From positions 1 to 29,835 of the forward strand of contig CAXHJY010000721.1 of NCBI GenBank assembly GCA_964016885.1: DNA of 29,835 nucleotides. The letters are read 5' to 3'. Each line of letters starts with the position of its first letter. The stretch's first letter is position 1. Origin of the DNA: Eledone cirrhosa. Lineage: Eukaryota. The notes beneath the pieces are model-generated. The model was given only the letters and a program-made list of their open reading frames with translations, was not told the origin of the DNA and searched no databases. A program made the position numbers and the translations under genes. Shown here in pieces: positions 1 through 11,200 of this stretch.

Positions 1-52
1 ATATATATATATATATAATATATAATATAATATATTATATAATATATTATAT

Positions 53-87
<35 letters not shown>

Positions 88-120
88 ATATATAAAAACA
101 CACACACACACACACACATA
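1..120. repeat. (TA)n/(CA)n microsatellite
   Basis: Direct inspection. Confidence 0.95.
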
Positions 121-401
121 AAAAAGGACATTAGATAATGTCATAAAAGAAGGACACAGTGCTTAGAAAAAAAAAGAAAAAATTATCACTACCACCAACA
201 ACAACAGTGTTTACTTTTATAACATCTCAATTTGTGAGTAGTAGTGTTAATGGTTATAGCTATCTATCCAGCAGGCCAATCACTAGTTCTCTGTATTTAT
301 TTGATGGGTAAGAACGACAAAGGAGTGCCTGTTTCCACTCAGGTGGAACACATACACCCATTAAGATAGCTCTGACTAGAAGCTTATGTAAGAAACAAGT
401 T

Positions 402-1050
402 TGAAGGTTAGTTATTGAGTTCAGCATTAACTCTTAACATCTAGTAATGATCTAGTAAAATATATCTAAAAATACAGTTGATAATTAAAATGTTTATAGT
501 ATCTTTACTGCTGGACAGATTGTTGTGAAAGTTTGCAGTATTATCTCTTAACATCATGTCATGACTATAGTAAAAAATATCAAAAAACGATTGAAAATTC
601 AAATGTTTATAGTATCTTTACTAGTGGACAGATTGTTGTCAAAATTTCCAGTATTATCTCTTAACATCTTGTAATGATTTAGTAGAAAATATCTAAAAAC
701 ATGTTTGTTAATTCAAATGTTTATAGTATCTTTACTACGCTGTAATGTGGCCGTGTAGGTAACACGGTAAAAACCTCCCAGTCCACACTGTAAGCCTGGT
801 TGGTGTTAGGAAGGGCATCCAGCCGTGGAAAACCCGTCAGACAGTCCTATGCGAGCAAGACAACCACTCTTGCCTCAAGTGGGAAAACTCCCGTCCAAAC
901 CCATGCAAGTGTGGAAGATGGACGTTAAACGATGATGATGATGATCTTTACTGGTGGACAGATTGTGAAAATTTAGAGTATTATCTCTTAACATCCTGTA
1001 ATGATTTGGTAGAAAATATCTAAAATCATGGTCGATAATTCAACTATAGT
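402..1050 (+). repeat. ~113-bp AT-rich tandem repeat (~3.5 copies), interrupted by a SINE
   Basis: CTCTTAACAT recurs at 431, 545, 658 and 985. The core TGTTTATAGTATCTTTACT..TGGACAGATTGTTGT is repeated. Confidence 0.9.
737..943 (+). mobile_element. 5'-truncated SINE with RTE-type 3' tail (GAT)n and a 9-bp target-site duplication
   Basis: Ends ...CCCATGCAAGTGTGGAAGATGGACGTTAAAC(GAT)n. It is flanked by ATCTTTACT at 728-736 and 944-952 and splits one unit of the host repeat. Confidence 0.85.
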
Positions 1051-1397
1051 ATTATTTTTAATATGTGATGCAGTAATTTCTGAAAATTATGTTCCATATG
1101 CAAAGTTGTTAATTGACTTTTACAGTAATATATCAGAAAATATATCTAAAAAAAAAGAAAAATGAGATAATCATAGTTTGTTTTGTACTTTTAATGAATG
1201 TCTTGCTAATGCAGTTTAATGTGGTACAGGACGCTAAGAGTTATAGATGCATTGTTATAGTTCTGATAGTTGAAAAACAGGTACCAATGAGAATTTGCCA
1301 GGTCAGCATTTAAAATTTCTTTAGACATTAAAAAATTTTTTTTTTTACTATTTGTTTTTATTACATTGTATTTTTTTTTTTTAATAATTAGATTTAT

Positions 1398-1435
<38 letters not shown>

Positions 1436-1727
1436 CAATAGACAGCACTTTGAAAGAGTTTTACAACTGCCGATCAATTAAGTGTGAAAAAGGAGTAGCA
1501 GAATATGTCAGTAGACCAGACTGAGCTAAACAATGTGTTGTTGCTGTGTCTTGTATTGAGAACATTACACAATGGAATAATAAAAAAAAACAAACAAAAA
1601 AAAAAAAAAAAACTATAAATAAAATAAAAAATATATATAAAAATAAAAAAATTAATTCATCACATTATCATAAGGTAAGTTGTCTTTGTTGTCTGTTGAT
1701 GTCTGTTGATGTCTGTTGATGTTTAGT

Positions 1728-2445
1728 TGTCATGGTGGCAGAAACAGTGTGTTGGAGGAAATGCCTTGAAATATTTATTTTCTGTCTCCATACATTCTGA
1801 GTTCAAATCCTGCTGTGGTCATCATTGCTTTTGATCTTTGCAGGGAAGGGGATGATGCAATAAAACACCTATATAAAGGTATGGAACTATTAGGTTCTCA
1901 GTGTATTTATATTGAGGTTCCATATTGTCATGGTGGCAGAAGCATTAGTGTGTTGGAGGAAATGCCTTGCAAATATTTATTCTGGCTCCATGCATTCTGA
2001 GATTCTGAGTTCAAATCCTGCCACAGTCAAGGTCATCATTGCTTTTGATCTTTGTGAAGAAGGAAATGGGTGGGCGGAGGGTAATAAAGCACCAATATAG
2101 AGCATGATTCGTTGCATGTGTTTATATTTTGGCTCCATACATTCTGAGATTCTGAGTTCAAATCCTACTGTGGTCAAGGTCATCTTTGCATTTGATCTTT
2201 GCAATCTTTGCAGTGAAGAGGCTGGTGTAATAAAGCAGTTTAGGGTCTCAGGCATGTTGCATTGCATGTATTTATATTTTGGCTCCATACATTCTGAGAT
2301 TCTGAGTTCAAATCCTCATGTGGTCAAGGTCAACTTTGCTTTTGATCTTTGTGGGGGAAGGGACTGGGTGGGTGGGGGCAATAAAGCCCTAATATAGAGC
2401 GGTGGAACTACTCGGGTTCTCATATGATGCATTGCATGAATTTAT
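1728..2445 (+). mobile_element. Four tandem, decayed tRNA-derived SINE 5' halves
   Basis: TTCTGAGTTCAAATCC (B-box-like)...TTTGATCTTTG occurs four times. It is the same family as the minus-strand copies at 19849-20475. Confidence 0.7.
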
Positions 2446-2742
2446 TTCGTGGTTTCAGATAGGATAGGATGCCTTGTGGTATTTCTTTTGGCTGTAGTCA
2501 ACTTGGGTGGTAGACTTCATCTATTGTCTGGTTTAACACCACCATCTGGCACTTTGGATGCTTTTAACCAGAGCCCACTGTTGCAAACTTTCAGACCCAG
2601 TCTCCAGTTTGTTTGAGGATTCCTTACTCCCTTTGGTGTTTGAGGCCCTGGAAAAGGTCATGGATAGAGCCCTTCTTCCTGACAACATAAATAAAACAAA
2701 AAGGTCAGCTTTCATCAAGCAGAGCTATGACCAAAGGAATTA

Positions 2743-3562
2743 CAGCTGTAACCAACCATTCTGGGGCATATGCACCCCCGGGGGGCGTTTCGGAACTCCA
2801 GGGGGGCGTTTGGGAGCAAGGTCGCGTTAAGGGGGCGTTTGGAGCTGGGGGAGGGAGGTTAGGGGGTGCTGGAAGGCTCTTTATTTTGGTAAGTTTTATA
2901 AGCCATATTTGTATGTCTTTGAGACAACCAGTGTGAATGCATTTGAATGAGCTTGCAGACAGCATAACTATAGTCTGACCACAGCTGTGAGCAGGTGTGC
3001 AGGTGTGTCCGGTAATTGAGACATTAACCGGTAATTGAGATCCTAAAAATGAAAAATCCCACAGTCATCTGGGTCAAAGACACTTTGAGCGCAGCCAGTT
3101 AGAATCTTATCTTTCCTTCACCGATAACAATGTATTTCATGTCCGAAATTATTGACTCAACCGTATCGAGTTAACACTATGTAGATCTATTTTATTCCCT
3201 ATTGTATAAATAATATTACAAATAAAAAAAAAGAAAAGAAAAAACAAGCGAGTAGCACACACATCTAGGACCACATACAACACAATCAGGTAATACACAC
3301 ATCTAGGACCACATACAACACAATCAGGTAATACACACATCTAGGACTACATACAACACATAATCAGATAATACACACATCTAGGACCACATACAACACA
3401 TAATCAGATAATACACACATCTTTGGAATATTGTTAATCAATTTTTTAGTAATCTACTGACATAAAAATCAGTAGTATATTGAAAAACGGAAAAAATGGG
3501 GGGGGGGGGGGGGGGGGGGCGTTTCGTGATTTCGAGGGACAAAATGGGTTGAGAACCTGTGT
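2743..3562. mobile_element. Non-autonomous hAT(Charlie)-like DNA transposon remnant
   Basis: The right end GGTTGAGAACCTGTG resembles hAT termini, and the left end CAGCTGTAACCAACC is a degenerate match. The subterminal motif GGGGGCGTTT occurs near both ends. No clear TSD. Confidence 0.5.
3257..3422. repeat. 38-40-bp tandem repeat x4 (ACACACATCTAGGACCACATACAACACAATCAGGTAAT)
   Basis: Directly visible inside the hAT-like element. Confidence 0.95.
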
Positions 3563-3749
3563 TCTAGTAGATCAAACAAACACGTAGAAGGTTGTTCAAT
3601 GGATTGTTGTGGTTGTTACAACTCAACATCTATGTAGAGAAAGCTCATAAGAGGCTTCTCATGTCTTAATAATAGGGACCAACAGTCATATCATGAAAAA
3701 GACCCTTCTTGCTGGACTGAATACCACTCTTATAGGACCAACTTCTGAT

Positions 3750-3902
3750 AGTACTCATTTTTTTTCTCCAGCTGAGTGCACGAGAGCAATGTGAAGTCAA
3801 TTGCCTTGCTTAAGGATAAGATGTGCTTCCCAAACTAAGAAGTGAACACATGATCTTATGATTCTAAGTCCAACACCCTAATTACTAGGCCACATGTCTT
3901 CA
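3750..3902 (-). mobile_element. Decayed tRNA-derived SINE 5' part
   Basis: Similar to 14400-14530 (CAGCTGAGT...TGTGAA...CTTGCT.AAGGA...CTAA..ACTA.GCCA). Confidence 0.65.
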
Positions 3903-3930
3903 CTCTTCATAGATGGTTGAGTATACCTTA

Positions 3931-4131
3931 AAGGATCGGCTAAAAAGTTCATAGGCTAACTATGAAGGAGTGATGCTAGAGCTATGAAATCTTGCATGCA
4001 TTAATTTCAACTCTTATAAAAAAAAAACTGCATTGCTTGTTTCTTAGAGAGACAATATTGAAAAATAAACCTCATTTGGTCATTCCATGAGAATATCTTG
4101 GTCAGCCTATGAACTTTCCAGCCTAACCTCT
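3931..4131. mobile_element. Tc1/mariner-like MITE (~200 bp)
   Basis: Inverted repeats GGCTAAAAAGTTCATAGGCT (3938-3957) and AGCCTATGAACTTTCCAGCC (4104-4123) match at 18/20. The element is flanked by TA. Confidence 0.75.
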
Positions 4132-4385
4132 TAGTTACAACTTCCATTTTATATTGTGGCATCAGCAAAGCTCTTTGCTTTTGTTTTTCCCTTTGTTGTT
4201 TTTTTATTTCTTTATTTTTATTATACCTACATCAAACTGGAATATATGTATGGCCTGAAGTGTGACTTAAAAGGTTATTGTCAGGAGTGTGATGATGCAA
4301 AAGTAATAATAATAATATATAAAAATAAGATGAAATAAATAAAAATAAAATGGAAAAATTTTTTTTTAAAAACAATACTAACCAT

Positions 4386-4417
<32 letters not shown>

Positions 4418-4698
4418 TTATCAACCCTTGTGGTTAATAAAGAAAGCATTATTAATAGTGGTAATAGTATTTTGTTTTTATTATCTTTCTCATTGTCAGT
4501 TCACCAACTTACAATATTAAAAGCATTATTGGCATTAAGATATTATCTAAAAGACTTGGTTTAGTAAGTTAATAAATGTTTTGATGGTGATTATGATGAT
4601 GATGATGATGATGATTGTGATGCATAGAGACATTGTCTTGTATTTTCCCACATGAACATACATACTAAACTTGAGAAAACTTGTTTTTCCATCAAAAC

Positions 4699-4699
<1 letters not shown>

Positions 4700-4735
<36 letters not shown>

Positions 4736-4760
4736 CATACATACTTACACACGTCTGTAT

Positions 4761-4810
<50 letters not shown>

Positions 4811-4900
4811 CCACTTACCTACACACATTTGTCAATTGTTTAGCATAATAATAAAAGTAATACTATATAAAAAAGTAGGTAAATTAATGAATATATTACG

Positions 4901-4942
<42 letters not shown>

Positions 4943-4973
4943 CATACATATATACATACACATGTGTACATAT

Positions 4974-5009
<36 letters not shown>

Positions 5010-5010
5010 T
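4700..5010. repeat. (TA)n/(TACA)n compound microsatellites
   Basis: Direct inspection. Source of the YIYI ORFs. Confidence 0.95.
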
Positions 5011-5270
5011 ACAATTTATTTTGAAAGATTTGTCCCAGAAGCCATCTTTATCATCAGTTGTTGTGGTTGTTGTTTTGTGTTGTTGAAAGATTCTAGATTG
5101 TCATGTCCACAATGGAGGATGTATTCAAGGTCTCTGTTGTCTCTGTATTTATGGAGACAGCGCAAGTTTGATGTGCTGTGTACAGTAACTACATTGTATG
5201 TGGTTGACATTTGTATGTCATAGCTAGGGAGGAATGAGTGATGTCTGTATGTAAACAGACAAGGCAGTGT

Positions 5271-8200
5271 CAGTGTTGGTAGTGTGTCTACAGCTAGGTG
5301 ACAGTGTTGGTAGTGTGTCTATAGCTAGGTGACAGTGTTGGTAGTGTGTCTACAGCTAGGTGACAGTGTTGGTAGTGTGTCTATAGCTAGGTGACAGTGT
5401 TGGTAGTGTGTCTACAGCTAGGTGACAGTGTTGGTAGTGTGTCTATAGCTAGGAGACAGACAGTGTTGGTAATGTGTCTATAGCTAGGTGACAGACAGTG
5501 TTGGTAGCATGTCTATAGCTAGGTGACAGTGTTGGTAGTGTGTCTATAGCTAGGTGACAGTGTTGGTAGTGTGTCTATAGCTAGGTGACAGTGTTGGTAG
5601 TGTGTCTATAGCTAGGTGACAGTGTTGGTAGTGTGTCTACAGCTAGGTGACAGTGTTGGTAATGTGTCTATAGCTAGGTGACAGTGTTGGTAGTGTGTCT
5701 ATAGCTAGGTGACAGTGTTGGTAATGTGTCTATAGCTAGGTGACAGTGTTGGTAGTGTGTCTATAGCTAGGTGACAGTGTTGGTAATGTGTCTATAGCTA
5801 GGTGACAGTGTTGGTAGTGTGTCTATAGCTAGGTGACAGACAGTGTTGGTAGCATGTCTATAGCTAGGTGACAGTGTTGGTAATGTGTCTATAGCTAGGT
5901 GACAGTGTTGGTAGCATGTCTATAGCTAGGTGACAGTGTTGGTAGTGTGTCTATAGCTAGGTGACAGTGTTGGTAATGTGTCTATAGCTAGGTGACAGTG
6001 TTGGTAGTGTGTCTATAGCTAGGTGACAGTGTTGGTAATGTGTCTATAGCTAGGTGACTGTTGGTAATGTGTCTATAGCTAGGTGACAGTGTTGGTAGTG
6101 TGTCTATAGCTAGGAGACAGTGTTGGTAGTGTGTCTATAGCTAGGTGACAGTGTTGGTAATGTGTCTGTGTCTATAGCTAGGAGACAGTGTTGGTAGCGT
6201 GTCTATAGCTAGGTGACAGACAGTGTTGGTAGTGTGTCTATAGCTAGGTGACAGACAGTGTTGGTAGCATGTCTATAGCTAGGTGACAGTGTTGGTAATG
6301 TGTCTATAGCTAGGAGACAGTGTTGGTAGTGTGTCTATAGCTAGGTGACAGTGTTGGTAGTGTGTCTATAGCTAGGAGACAGTGTTGGTAGTGTGTCTAT
6401 AGCAAGGAGACAGTGTTGGTAGTGTGTCTATAGCTAGGTGACAGTGTTGGTAGTGTGTCTATAGCTAGGAGACAGTGTTGGTAGTGTGTCTATAGCTAGG
6501 AGACAGTGTTGGTAGTGTGTCTATAGCAAGGAGACAGTGTTGGTAGTGTGTCTATAGCTAGGAGACAGTGTTGGTAGTGTGTCTATAGCTAGGTGACAGT
6601 GTTGGTAGTGTATCTATAGCTAGGTGACAGTGTTGGTCATGTGTCTACAGCTAGGAGACAGTGTTGGTAGTGTGTCTATAGCTAGGTGACAGTGTTGGTA
6701 GTGTATCTATAGCTAGGTGACAGTGTTGGTAATGTGTCTATAGCTAGGAGACAGTGTTGGTAGCGTGTCTATAGCTAGGTGACAGACAGTGTTGGTAGTG
6801 TGTCTATAGCTAGGTGACAGACAGTGTTGGTAGCATGTCTATAGCTAGGTGACAGTGTTGGTAATGTGTCTATAGCTAGGAGACAGTGTGTTGGTAGTGT
6901 GTCTATAGCTAGGTGACAGTGTTGGTAGTGTGTCTATAGCTAGGAGACAGTGTTGGTAGTGTGTCTATAGCAAGGAGACAGTGTTGGTAGTGTGTCTATA
7001 GCTAGGTGACAGTGTTGGTAGTGTGTCTATAGCAAGGAGACAGTGTTGGTAGTGTGTCTATAGCTAGGTGACAGTGTTGGTAGTGTGTCTATAGCTAGGA
7101 GACAGTGTGGTAGTGTGTCTATAGCTAGGAGACAGTGTTGTAGTGTGTCTATAGCAAGGAGACAGTGTTGGTAGTGTGTCTATAGCTAGGAGACAGTGTT
7201 GGTAGTGTGTCTATAGCTAGGTGACAGTGTTGGTAGTGTATCTATAGCTAGGTGACAGTGTTGGTCATGTGTCTACAGCTAGGAGACAGTGTTGGTAGTG
7301 TGTCTATAGCAAGGAGACAGTGTTGGTAGTGTGTCTATAGCTAGGTGACAGTGTTGGTAGTGTGTCTATAGCTAGGTGACAGTGTTGGTAATGTGTCTAT
7401 AGCTAGGAGACAGTGTTGGTAATGTGTCTATAGCTAGGAGACAGTGTTGGTAATGTGTCTATAGCTAGGAGACAGTGTTGGTAATGTGTCTATAGCTAGG
7501 AGACAGTGTTGGTAGCTGTCTATAGCTAGGAGACAGTGTTGGTAATGTGTCTATAGCTAGGAGGACAGTGTTGGTAATGTGTCTATAGCTAGGAGACAGT
7601 GTTGGTAATGTGTCTATAGCTAGGAGACAGTGTTGGTAGCATGTCTATAGCTAGGTGACAGTGTTGGTAATGTGTCTATAGCTAGGAGACAGTGTTGGTA
7701 ATGTGTCTATAGCTAGGAGACAGTGTTGGTAGTGTGTCTATAGCTAGGTGACAGACAGTGTTGGTAGCATGTCTATAGCTAGGTGACAGTGTTGGTAATG
7801 TGTCTATAGCTAGGAGACAGTGTTGGTAGTGTGTCTATAGCTAGGTGACAGTGTTGTAATGTGTCTATAGCTAGGTGACAGTGTTGGTAGTGTGTCTTTC
7901 GCTAGGTGACAGTGTTGGTAGTGTGTCTACAGCTAGGTGACAGTGTTGGTAGTGTGTCTACAGCTAGGTGACAGTGTTGGTAGTGTGTCTACAGCTAGGT
8001 GACAGTGTTGGTAGTGTGTCTACAGCTAGGTGACAGTGTTGGTAGTGTGTCTACAGCTAGGTGACAGTGTTGGTAGTGTGTCTACAGCTAGGTGACAGTG
8101 TTGGGTAGTGTGTCTATAGCTAGGTGACAGTGTTGGTAGTGTGTCTATAGCTAGGTGACAGTGTTGGTAGTGTGTCTATAGCTAGGTGACAGTGTTGGTA

Positions 8201-11200
8201 GTGTGACTATAGCTAGGTGACAGTGTTGGTAGTGTGTCTATAGCTAGGTGACAGTGTTGGTAGTGTGTCTATAGCTAGGTGACAGTGTTGGTAGTGTGTC
8301 TACAGCTAGGTGACAGTGTTGGTAGTGTGTCTACAGCTAGGTGACAGTGTTGGTAGTGTGTCTACAGCTAGGTGACAGTGTTGGTAGTGTGTCTACAGCT
8401 AGGTGACAGTGTTGGTAGTGTGTCTACAGCTAGGTGACAGTGTTGGTAGTGTGTCTACAGCTAGGTGACAGTGTTGGTAGTGTGTCTACAGCTAGGTGAC
8501 AGTGTTGGTAGTGTGTCTACAGCTAGGTGACAGTGTTGTAGTGTCTCTATAGCTAGGAGACAGACAGTGTTGGTAGCGTGTCTATAGCTAGGAGACAGAC
8601 AGTGTTGGTAGCGTGTCTATAGCTAGGAGACAGTGTTGGTAGCGTGTCTATAGCTAGGAGACAGTGTTGGTAGTGTGTCTATAGCTAGGTGACAGTGTTG
8701 GTAGTGTGTCTATAGCTAGGTGACAGTGTTGGTTAGTGTGTCTATAGCTAGGTGACAGTGTTGGTAGTGTGTCTATAGCTAGGTGACAGTGTTGGTAGTG
8801 TGTCTATAGCTAGGTGACAGTGTTGGTAGTGTGTCTATAGCTAGGTGACAGTGTTGGTAGTGTGTCTATAGCTAGGTGACAGTGTTGGTAGTGTGTCTAT
8901 AGCTAGGTGACAGTGTTGGTAGTGTGTCTATAGCTAGGTGACAGTGTTGGTAGTGTGTCTATAGCTAGTGACAGTGTTGGTAGTGTGTCTATAGCTAGGT
9001 GACAGTGTTGGTAGTGTGTCTATAGCTAGGTGACAGTGTTGGTAGTGTGTCTATAGCTAGGTGACAGTGTTGGTAGTGTGTCTATAGCTAGGTGACAGTG
9101 TTGGTAGTGTGTCTATAGCTAGGTGACAGTGTTGGTAGTGTGTCTATAGCTAGGTGACAGTGTTGGTAGTGTGTCTATAGCTAGGTGACAGTGTTGGTAG
9201 TGTGTCTATAGCTAGGTGACAGTGTTGGTAGTGTGTCTATAGCTAGGTGACAGTGTTGGTAGTGTGTCTATAGCTAGGTGACAGTGTTGGTAGTGTGTCT
9301 ATAGCTAGGTGACAGTGTTGGTAGTGTGTCTATAGCTAGGTGACAGTGTTGGTAGTGTGTCTATAGCTAGGTGACAGTGTTGGTAGTGTGTCTATAGCTA
9401 GGTGACAGTGTTGGTAGTGTGTCTATAGCTAGGTGACAGTGTTGGTAGTGTGTCTATAGCTAGGTGACAGTGTTGGTAGTGTGTCTATAGCTAGGTGACA
9501 GTGTTGGTAGTGTGTCTATAGCTAAGGTGACAGTGATTGGTAGTGTGTCTATAGCTAGGTGACAGTGTTGGTAGTGTGTCTATAGCTAGGTGACAGTGTT
9601 GGTAGTGTGTCTATAGCTAGGTGACAGTGTTGGTAGTGTGTCTATAGCTAGGTGACAGTGTTGGTAGTGTGTCTATAGCTAGGTGACAGTGTTGGTAGTG
9701 TGTCTATAGCTAGGTGACAGTGTTGGTAGTGTGTCTATAGCTAGGTGACAGTGTTGGTAGTGTGTCTATAGCTAGGTGACAGTGTTGGTAGTGTGTCTAT
9801 AGCTAGGTGACAGTGTTGGTAGTGTGTCTATAGCTAGGTGACAGTGTTGGTAGTGTGTCTATAGCTAGGTGACAGTGTTGGTAGTGTGTCTATAGCTAGG
9901 TGACAGTGTTGGTAGTGTGTCTATAGCTAGGTGACAGTGTTGGTAGTGTGTCTATAGCTAGGTGACAGTGTTGGTAGTGTGTCTATAGCTAGGTGACAGT
10001 GTTGGTAGTGTGTCTATAGCTAGGTGACAGTGTTGGTAGTGTGTCTATAGCTAGGTGACAGTGTTGGTAGTGTGTCTCAGCTAGGTGACAGTGTTGGTAG
10101 TGTGTCTACAGCTAGGTGACAGTGTTGGTAGTGTGTCTACAGCTAGGTGACAGTGTTGGTAGTGTGTCTACAGCTAGGTGACAGTGTTGGTAGTGTGTCT
10201 ACAGCTAGGTGACAGTGTTGGTAGTGTGTCTACAGCTAGGTGACAGTGTTGGTAGTGTGTCTACAGCTAGGTGACAGTGTTGGTAGTGTGTCTACAGCTA
10301 GGTGACAGTGTTGGTAGTGTGTCTACAGCTAGGTGACAGTGTTGGTAGTGTGTCTATAGCTAGGTGACAGTGTTGTAGTGTGTCTATAGCTAGGTGACAG
10401 TGTTGGTAGTGTGTCTACAGCTAGGTGACAGTGTTGGTAGTGTGTCTACAGCTAGGTGACAGTGTTGGTAGTGTGTCTACAGCTAGGTGACAGTGTTGGT
10501 AGTGTGTCTACTAGCTAGGTGACAGTGTTGGTAGTGTGTCTATAGCTAGGTGACAGTGTTGGTAGTGTGTCTATAGCTAGGTGACAGTGTTGGTAGTGTG
10601 TCTATAGCTAGGTGACAGTGTTGGTAGTGTGTCTATAGCTAGGTGACAGTGTTGGTAGCGTGTCTATAGCTAGGTGACAGTGTTGGTAGCGTGTCTATAG
10701 CTAGGTGACAGTGTTGGTAGCGTGTCTATAGCTAGTGACAGTGTTGGTAGCGTGTCTATAGCTAGGTGACAGTGTTGGTAGCGTGTCTATAGCTAGGTGA
10801 CAGTGTTGGTAGCGTGTCTATAGCTAGGTGACAGTGTTGGTAGCGTGTCTATAGCTAGGTGACAGTGTTGGTAGCGTGTCTATAGCTAGGTGACAGTGTT
10901 GGTAGCGTGTCTATAGCTAGGTGACAGTGTTGGTAGCGTGTCTATAGCTAGGTGACAGTGTTGGTAGCGTGTCTATAGCTAGGTGACAGTGTTGGTAGCG
11001 TGTCTATAGCTAGGTGACAGTGTTGGTAGCGTGTCTATAGCTAGGTGACAGTGTTGGTAGCGTGTCTATAGCTAGGTGACAGTGTTGGTAGTGTGTCTAT
11101 AGCTAGGTGACAGTGTTGGTAGTGTGTCTATAGCTAGGTGACAGTGTTGGTAGTGTGTCTATAGCTAGGTGACAGTGTTGGTAGTGTGTCTATAGCTAGG

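Noticed and set aside
280-406. Inverted paralogue of the PDZ exon
   Set aside because: Only the last ~5 nt (TGAAG) and the downstream intron match. Upstream there is no PDZ-like translation and there are stops in all frames.
1330-1650. Processed pseudogene poly-A tails
   Set aside because: Several A and T runs in both orientations, with no TSD or upstream ORF.
2533-2965. ORFs 2533, 2558, 2705, 2727 and the minus acceptor near 2679
   Set aside because: No recognisable domain and partly inside the hAT-like element. Splicing from exon 22031 would create an immediate TAG.
4513-4546. 34-nt minus-strand exon-like segment (ttttag|...|gtaagt)
   Set aside because: Joining to the phase-2 TA gives TAA. 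The sequence is AT-rich and intron-like, with no PDZ continuation.
5090-5188. EGF-like plus-strand peptide ILDCHVHNGGCIQGLCCLCIYGDSASLMCCVQ
   Set aside because: C...NGGC...LC resembles an LDLR-type EGF start, but the later Cys spacing is wrong, it is bounded by stops, and no partner exons were found.
8100-10520. Isolated 1-bp indels in array units (e.g. ~8103, 8733, 8968, 9524, 9535)
   Set aside because: These are singletons not propagated to neighbours and are most likely long-read consensus errors.
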